A stretch of 64,000 nt of DNA, taken from assembly GCA_904063045.1 (NCBI GenBank), contig CAJFCJ010000026.1, positions 164,964-228,963 of the forward strand. The letters run 5' to 3'. A program made the position numbers and the translations under genes. The stretch is from Dimorphilus gyrociliatus. Taxonomy: Eukaryota; Animalia; Annelida. Positions 56,437-64,000 of this stretch are shown here, one piece after another (the stretch's first letter is position 1; each line of letters begins with the position of its first letter). The notes below the pieces were generated by a model. It was not told the DNA's origin and did not search any database. It was given only the letters and a program-made list of their open reading frames with translations.

Positions 56437-58092
56437 TTAGTCTCTAAATCTGTTGTATTCACCAACTCGAGATCGTACGTGCTCTTCTTCATTTTGCGGT
56501 TGAAGTTGACTGCTAGTTACTTGTTCTTGATAACTTTCAGAGAATTCTTTGTCTACGTCTTCAACTATAAAATATTTTCTGTCATAATAATAGTAGCCTT
56601 TTCTCAAACAATGCACCATGAGGAAATCGCATAGAATTGTCGCCTGTCAAACAATTACAAATTACTAAATAAATATGTTATCGCTCATCAAATATATTTC
56701 AACAAACAATGCCGAGAAGTCCAATTCCGCTACCAATGTTTAAAAATAATGGAACTATATTAAATTTTCCAGCACGGCCAGTAACCTTAATTAAAAATCG
56801 AATACCATAAGCTTTGACCAAATCTCGACTATTTCGATTATTATCGGTATAATAGTTTGCAAATCTAAATGAATAAAACTCATTTAACATATGATCATGC
56901 AAGATTATATTTAAACCTGAAATTTAGTCCCTTTGCTATATTTACATCCTTATTGTCTAATCTTCTGAAACTGTATTCTGGTCTGCATTGCTTTTCTGAA
57001 TAATCTAAATTACAATCCCATCTTATATTAATTGCAATAACGCCTCCCTGTTAAATTGTATTATTTTTTTATTTATTTGTTATAGTAAACATTATATAAA
57101 AAAGATAAAATACTTTAATGGATATTTCATCATAATCGACTTTAGCATATTTTGCAATAGTTCCCAATTCAAAAATTGGACAAAATCGATCTATCTCACT
57201 TGTACTCGAGTATGTACAATTTCGTAAATAATTTTTATCATTAATAATGTCAATAACATTTCTTCTCTTCACCCCAAACTTAATAAATTCAATTTGATTC
57301 TTTATTAGAACAGTAAATCGCTTAGAATCTTTTAGAATGGAATCATTAGGCCTATATAAATATAAATAGTTTCAATAAATGAGAACTCTCTAAAACATTA
57401 ACTTACAGCGGAAGAACATCTTTCTCGACCGGACACCAAGCATAAATATTGCAGGTTTTAGTTTCAACATTACATGTTCCAGTCCTAACACCATTACCAT
57501 TGATGACTGGCGCCCCTTTTGGACAATCACTATCTACAGTACAATTTACATTAGCCATACTAGGGTCTTCTGGACAAATAGATTGAGTTTGGTTGGGTGT
57601 AAATACCATATTTGTCATTACAAAAAATGCATCAGTTTCCTATAATAAACATATCTATACATTTACCAATTACTCTTAGCGTACTTTTGATATATCAACC
57701 TGTGGTGGGATGACATAATCTGCTACATCGAAAATACGATGATTGATGATATCATTTAGACTGTCTGATATGTTTGTAAGATTGGTATAAATGACACCTT
57801 TAAGTTTTGCTGTTGTGGCACTCTCTACATCATCGAATTCTTGATAACCTTTCTTATAAACAATTACATATCTGAAACATTTTATTGTATAAGTTTAGAA
57901 AACTTGATATTATAATGTTTACCCAATAATGTACGCAATGACAGTTAATTGTACAAATCGATTGACTAAGCCAACTTTTTTGCTTTTAACATGAACAATC
58001 TTAGGAGTATCATATTCTGATGCAAAACTTATAAAACGACTCAAGCCAGCGGCACAAGTCTGTTTTACTTTCAATCCACCGCTTTCCGCCAT
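56437..58092 (-). CDS. P2RX: P2X ATP-gated ion channel
   Basis: EYDTPK (YxTxK), TM1, TAKLKG (two ATP-binding Lys), ectodomain Cys pairs, FTVLIKN, NF|RFA, KAYGIRF, TM2 IGSGIGLLGI|ATILCD, YxxxK motif. Confidence 0.95.
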
Positions 58093-58100
58093 TTTTAACT

Positions 58101-58110
58101 ATCACATGAC
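58101..58110. promoter_or_regulatory. M-box/CLEAR-like element GTCATGTGAT (minus strand) in the 112-bp P2X / 4-TM divergent gap
   Basis: ATCACATGAC on the plus strand, 8 nt upstream of the P2X ATG. Confidence 0.35.
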
Positions 58111-58204
58111 TCGATAACGCTGTTATTTTCTTACCTGAAACACAGCGCCGTCTGTAGTTTCATAGAGAGTTAACTTTTTATCATTTCTGATTAGCGTCCT
58201 TATC

Positions 58205-59286
58205 ATGCCTTGGATATCAGGATGCTGTTGTTTTGAATCTCTATCTAAAGGAAGCAAAGCGAGTGGCGTTTTCACGCTTGTAAGTATTTACTTTCCTTAA
58301 AAAACCAAAAAGATCATATTTATCGCTCACCTGTCTTAATTTTCCAGGTAGTGGGAACGGTAAATATATGTATAGGAATAATTCTTTTATATAATATGCA
58401 TTGGCTTGAAGATAATTTAGAGGCTAACGAGAGAGAAATATTTCTACCACCAGGTATTAGAAAAATTAAGGGGATCATTTAATTAACTTGAATTTTCCAT
58501 ACAGGATGTATACCGATTGTATATTTAGCGCAGGTCTTCAATGTTATATTAATCATAGTTGGTTTGCAACTGATTATTGGAGTCAATCGAGTATGATCAA
58601 CGATGTTTTTTTCTCACCTAACTATAATTAACATATATCAACAGGGTCTATATGGAAAGAATCGAATATTCCTATGGATATATTTCTCGATTTTTCATAG
58701 ATCTTGGGAGCTATTTCTATTGGTTTATACTTGCGTTTGGTTTGGAAGTCATAGATTCACTGTAAGTTTCTTTTGAATTTTGAAAATTTTCTTTAATATA
58801 TTGTTCAAATTTCTTAACAGGACATTATTTTTGTTATCCCTGAAGTCCATGCTGTTATTGCTTATTGGGTTATTTGCTTGGTTTTACTGGTAAATAGATT
58901 TTTAATTATAATTAAACATTTCTTCTTAAGTATATTTAAAAATGAATGATAAAATTTCAGATATGTGCAATAATATGTGTAGCTTCGTATTGGCAAGAAG
59001 TAGACGAAGAAAGTGTTGGAAAGTTCAAGCGCAAGAAACACTTTTTGAAACTCAGTAACATCAGACAAGCCGGATATCGTAAGAAAAAATACTAATAATA
59101 AGTTCAACCATATTAATATGCATTATCACTTTATCAGATCGTCATGGAGCCTCCACTCCCGGCTCACTTTATGGAATTAAAACCCCCAGAAGCACTGTTG
59201 GATTAAGCCGTTCTACAATACTGGCGGGGCAAGCCGTCAGCTCTCACGCTGGGAGCGCATATAACTGGCCGGAAGGAAGAAAATGA
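58205..59286 (+). CDS. Four-TM protein, LAPTM/DUF4728-like, 7 exons, 239 aa (absent from the ORF track)
   Basis: Exons 58205-58279, 58348-58453, 58505-58590, 58645-58761, 58821-58889, 58961-59078, 59138-59286; six GT-AG introns of 51-71 nt, all phases consistent, 720 nt open. N-terminal GCCCF, four hydrophobic segments, VASYWQEV after TM4. Confidence 0.88.
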
Positions 59287-59757
59287 AATGTGTAACTTTT
59301 TAAAACGGTTTCTTATACTTCATTTAGATAGACTATTACTCAAAAACCCTTTAAGTTTAGTATTTTTTTTTATGAAAAAAAATAAATTATTTTAAATTCT
59401 TGATAAAAAAATATAACAGTTGTGTCTTAGAATAATAATAATTTACAAGATTCATATATTCATCTGTTCAATTACGAGACGAAATTCTATCATTAAAATG
59501 TAGAATACTGGATTACTAATCTTAAAGAGTTTCCATTTAAGTTAAAGAAACACTTGATACTCTAAAAATCAATGAACTTTTTCTTTTATTTATTATAATT
59601 TTTTTAATTATAATAAATCCAGTTAATCAACAAAACTACATAAAATTCAAAGAGAAACAATATTACAACGAATTCAAGATTCTTAACTATCTCTTACAAT
59701 TAATACTAAATTAAATGTTACAGAATGGAATCGGAGAGAAATAGTTAAGAACTTGGA

Positions 59758-60923
59758 CTATAATCCAAATATTGGTGAATGAAGATCTAAAGATCCTAAT
59801 AAAGTTTCAATCTCACAAAAAATTGGAGACATTTTCACTATGCGCCAACTGAATACCAAGTTCTTCGAGTATTTCACTAAATTCGGGACTTTTCAAGAGG
59901 TTTAATTCGTGTTCTCTTTCAACTGACATTGAAAACTGATCAGGTCCGAGGAATCTATAAAAGAAAAAAAATTAACAACTAGATAAACCAAAGTCCAGTT
60001 GCATACAAACCCGCATCCTCCGACATGGCTGAGACTTTTATAGCCAGGATGTACCATGAGCTCTACTACAGCTACATCTTTATCAAGTGTAGAATTTAAG
60101 TAATTGTATGTTTCTTCAAGTTTTGCGCGAAGCCTAGCTAGTGTCATATTTGATCCCATTATAGACATTCCGATAAACCCGTCCGGATGTCTATACTTAT
60201 TAAAAAAACTTTGGCAAGCAGTGGCTAGACTAGAAACCGAACGGTAAAATTGTAAATTTTCTTCTTTGACCCAGTCAACGTCAGACAATAGCTCAAAAGG
60301 ATAGCGAATAGAAACATTTGTCATTCCTAGATCGTCCAAGACAGTATCTAAAATTCTGGATACTTCCGGCAAAACATGAACATGTTGATGACCATCTATA
60401 TGAACTGGTAGGTTATGGTCATGAGATATCCTTCGGAACGCACGAATTTGTTCTGTAATCTCTAACTTTAACTGCAAAATTTTTAGCAAGTTAAAATATA
60501 ATTTATCGTCCTGTAATATTAACATAAATACTGACATCTTTATCAGAAATTAGCCCATTAGCAAGGGCCGATGCAAAATCAGCTTTGGCAAGGAATTCGC
60601 CCCATTCATTTGTAAGGGACGACTCGAATGAGGAAACTCCAATCGGATATCCTTCGGTTAGATTTAGATGTAAGCCTGAAAGATCAAGTAACTACAAGAC
60701 TTGTTTCATTAAGATATGAAGTAAACGAACCAACACTATATGATTTTTTCCCTGCAACATCTAATGCATGCCGAGAAGAGTAGCCGCTCAATAGAACAGA
60801 TGTTCGACTGATTTTTTTTTCCAAAAACAGCTCAAAGATACCTCTATCACGTTTAGGACAATACCCAAAATCGTCAGCTGTTATAATTAATACTCTTTTT
60901 CGGCTTCTTTTTCTTTTTTCCAT
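59758..60923 (-). CDS. YDJC: YdjC-family carbohydrate deacetylase
   Basis: LIITADDFG, GLHLNLTEG, HIDGHQHVH, ELMVHPGY, spliced GGCG|FLGPDQFS...EREHEL; stop 59758-59760. Confidence 0.93.
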
Positions 60924-61215
60924 CCTCTCGATGCAAAAAACTGATAGGGGAGAAGAAGAGAGTTTAGCATAAACATTTAATATCGCTCAAGAGATGATTT
61001 ATCTCAGAGTTTAAATATTGCCAGAAGAGAATTCAAAAGAAAAATGATAGCTTTATTTATAATAAAGTATATCAGTTCTTAAGCGTGAAAGTAACGAATT
61101 CACCAACCATTAAAATGTTCTTTACCTACCAGTTATTAGATTTCTTGATAAAGCATTTAATATATCTGACAAATATATACATAGGCATAATTTCCGGTCA
61201 TATTTGGAAAAAAAT

Positions 61216-62064
61216 ATGAAATTCTATATAATTGCAACTTTATTTTTCTTTATAACTGGGACCACCACCGAAAATATCAAAGGATCAGTGGCATTTAATA
61301 AAAATACCTTAGAGAAGGTAAATCACTAGCACAAGCACTTTATTTCATGCAATTCTTTATTTTCGTGATTCTTCTAGATTGTTCCAAAATTCAAAGCGGT
61401 CTTAATTAAGTTCGATGAGTCTTACCCCTATGGGGAAAAGCAAGATGTGTTCAAAAAAGTAACAGAGGCGTGTCTTTCGCAATTAGAAATACTTACTGGC
61501 GAAGTTCATATAAGTGGTAAATAGCATATTGAAGTCTGGTGAAATTTCTTATCACGGTATTTTTCAGATTATGGCGAGAAAGACAATGCTGATTTAGGGG
61601 AAATTTATTCCGTGAAAAAAGAAGATTTTCCAGTTTATAAACTATTCTTAAACGGCAATATCCATGATCCTTTAACATATACTGGTAATACAAAAAGTGT
61701 TGAAGGAATCAAGCAGTTTATGGTTGAAAATTCCGGCTTATGGTTTGGATTACCAGGATGTTTGGAAAAATATGATAAAATTATTTTAGATTTTTTCACA
61801 TCTGATCGTTCAATAGTCTTAAATCAAGCAAGAGAGATTAAAAAAGAATTGTCAAAAGAAGAAAAGGTTTCTGCTGCCTTTTACATAAAAATAATGGAGA
61901 AAATTATAGAAAAGGGTGATGAGTTTATTGAAATAGAATTAAAGAGATTGAAGAAACTGAGTGAGGGAAAGCTTTCAGAGGCAAAAAAGCAACAACTAGA
62001 AAATCGTGTTTCCATTCTTACCTCGTTCAAATTAAACAAGCCAAAGGAGAAGGTCGAATTGTAA
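61216..62064 (+). CDS. ERP29: Endoplasmic reticulum resident protein 29 (windbeutel-like)
   Basis: Signal peptide, KFDESYPYGEKQD, DYGEKDNADL, GLPGCLEKYD, C-terminal KVEL*. Confidence 0.93.
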
Positions 62065-62130
62065 AGTGTCTAGTTGTATTGACATTGAACTTACTCGTAG
62101 CACTGTCACATTACGTTTATTTTAAATCAT

Positions 62131-63231
62131 TTAATAAACTCTATCAGGATTTTCTAGACGAGTCTTCTTGGCGTAGCCCAGCTCAGCTCCTCCAGACATT
62201 ATTATGTCGATACCAGTACAAAAAGAACCCTCGGCAGCTAAATATAAGCAGGCCTCTCCAGATTCTTCGACAGTTCCAAATCGACCCAAGCATTGAGCTT
62301 CAGCACCTGATTGTAGAGCAGCTTTTGCATCACCACTCATTTCGGCAGATGATTCCCATAAAGGAGTTAGAACATTACCGGGAGAAAATGTATTCACCCT
62401 AACCCCATGTGCAGCCTCATCTATGGCTAAAGCTTTACTCATAGATGTAATTGCACCCTTCGTTGCACAGTAGGTTACAGCCCCACTCTGGCCTACAATT
62501 TGAAACCTTAAATGTTTCGTTGGGTCAAAACTCGAATACTAACCCATGACTCCAACCAGACTGGACACATTAACAATACTGCCTTTCGTTTTCCGTAAAT
62601 GAGGAAGAGCATATTTAGACACCAAGAAATAATTCACCACGTTCAAATTTAAAAGGTCACGAAATTCGTCAGCAGAAAAATTATCAATTGGCTTGTGAGG
62701 AGGATCTGGAGGGCGTTAAAGGGAGTTTCTAGAAATGATAAGGATAAAAACTTAAACCTTACGAGTTCCAGCATTGTTTATAACACAATCTATCTGACCA
62801 TATTTTTCAACAGTCTTTTTAATAAGGTTCTGAAATTATTAGAAAATGTTCACATTATATAATTCATTTAAAGAGAGGAAAACCTTTCACCTTTATATCA
62901 TCCTCTTTTGTTACATCACACTTTATGTAATAAGCTTCGCCTGGTCCTTTAGCATTTAATTCTTTTTCCAGTGCCTCACCTGCATTATCTATAATGGCAG
63001 TATGTAGAAATGTGCCTGATAAGAATATTATATTTATACATCTGTTTTATCTTACCTCCTCTCGCACAAAATACAACTTTAGAACCATGTTTTACTGAAA
63101 AATAACTTTGATAATTAAATCTAAAATTTTTTTATTGCGTAGAACAGACCAAAAACTCGAACACACCCTTCTCCAATTCCCATAGATCCTCCTGTAACAA
63201 TAGTAACTTTTCCTTCGTATCTAAGGGTCAT
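62131..63231 (-). CDS. HSD17B14: Short-chain dehydrogenase HSD17B14 (17-beta-HSD14 / L-fucose dehydrogenase-like)
   Basis: LRYEGKVTIVTGGSMGIGEG, NNAG, catalytic YCATK, ALAIDEAAHGVRVN, C-terminal SGGAELGYAKK. Confidence 0.88.
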
Positions 63232-63295
63232 TTTCTTTCACTTTAACTTTACGTTTTGCTACTATATTCCACAATAGCGGCCTCTCGTCGAATTC

Positions 63296-63305
63296 ATCAC
63301 GTGAC
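63296..63305. promoter_or_regulatory. E-box ATCACGTGAC in the HSD17B14/OSBP bidirectional promoter
   Basis: CLEAR/USF/SREBP-type E-box within a 278-bp divergent gap. Confidence 0.45.
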
Positions 63306-63509
63306 ATCATCATAATCAATTATTATTTTTTAAAGAAATAAAATGTAAAAATTTTCTTCGATATTAAATTTAAACTAATATAATTGTAAACTTATTAATA
63401 AGTTTTTAGTCGAGAAACATTCAAGACACTAAAAATATCTGCGGAGATGATAAATGGACGTGGCTAGCAGACTACACAAACGTTAAATTCTACTCTAATC
63501 TATTTAAAA

Positions 63510-64000
63510 ATGACGAATAACTCGTCAAATGAACACGCAGGATACCTGCAAAAATGGACAAATTACATCAAAGGTTATCAGAAAAGATGGTTTGTTCTTA
63601 AAAATGGCTTACTCTCATATTATAGGTAAGATATCTATTTTTAAAAAAAATATTTGCTAATCTAAAATCTTTTTAGGAGCCCAGACGAAGTTGACCAGTC
63701 TTGTAGAGGTAAAATTAACTTGAAAACGGCAGAAATTCGAACAGATCAAGTGCCACTCAACTTTGCTGTATCAGGAGTTCTAACGTTTCATTTAAGAGCT
63801 TTGTCGGAAGTTGAGAGGCAAAGATGGGTAACTAAATTAGAATTGGAGAAAAGGAATGCTATAACTCTTGAGGACTCCGAAGATGAGGATTTAGAAATTA
63901 GTTCTAACAACAAAACAGATATGGAAGGAATTTTCAATATCGTAAAGACTTTAGAGCAAAAGATGTCCGACCTAGACACTCGGGAAAAAGTAACAAAAAA
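63510..64000 (+). CDS. OSBP: Oxysterol-binding protein, N-terminal PH domain (partial; runs off window)
   Basis: [29 protein letters not shown]|[15 protein letters not shown]...[10 protein letters not shown]. Confidence 0.9.

Overview
Eukaryotic (animal) genomic DNA: AT-rich (roughly 30% GC by eye), extremely compact, most introns about 45-90 nt, intergenic gaps often under 300 bp. I reconstruct 23 protein-coding genes, the last running off the right edge: EIF4ENIF1/4E-T(+), ANKRD13(-), GIT(+), orphan(-), ZMAT5(+), CHST-type sulfotransferase(-), PTB-domain protein(-), degenerate multicopper oxidase(-), a 17-kb twitchin(+), CAMKK(-), Myb(-), PTH-like/PXXXamide neuropeptide precursor(+), glycogen synthase(-), GOSR1(+), GRK2/3(+), MFSD4(+), orphan(-), P2X receptor(-), 4-TM LAPTM/DUF4728-like protein(+), YDJC(-), ERP29(+), HSD17B14(-), OSBP(+, partial). 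Gene content (P2X, mollusc-type twitchin and laccase) and compaction suggest a miniaturised lophotrochozoan such as the annelid Dimorphilus; this is inference only. I found no rRNA, tRNA, CRISPR array or autonomous transposon, and no clearly new multi-gene system. Best second-look items: (1) a spliced amidated neuropeptide gene and a 7-exon membrane protein that the ORF track misses or mistranslates; (2) a twitchin with mollusc catch-muscle architecture, an intact D1-like site, an altered D2-like site, a truncated C-terminus and hidden in-frame cassette exons, two of them inside Ig domains; (3) a multicopper oxidase that has lost its type-1 copper site; (4) an ANKRD13/GIT head-to-head pair and wider linkage shared with human paralogons; (5) a perfect CTCF motif, a perfect RFX X-box inside a coding exon, and recurrent E-box/CRE promoter motifs. 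All gene models were spliced by hand; motif comparisons and human map positions are from recall and need database confirmation.
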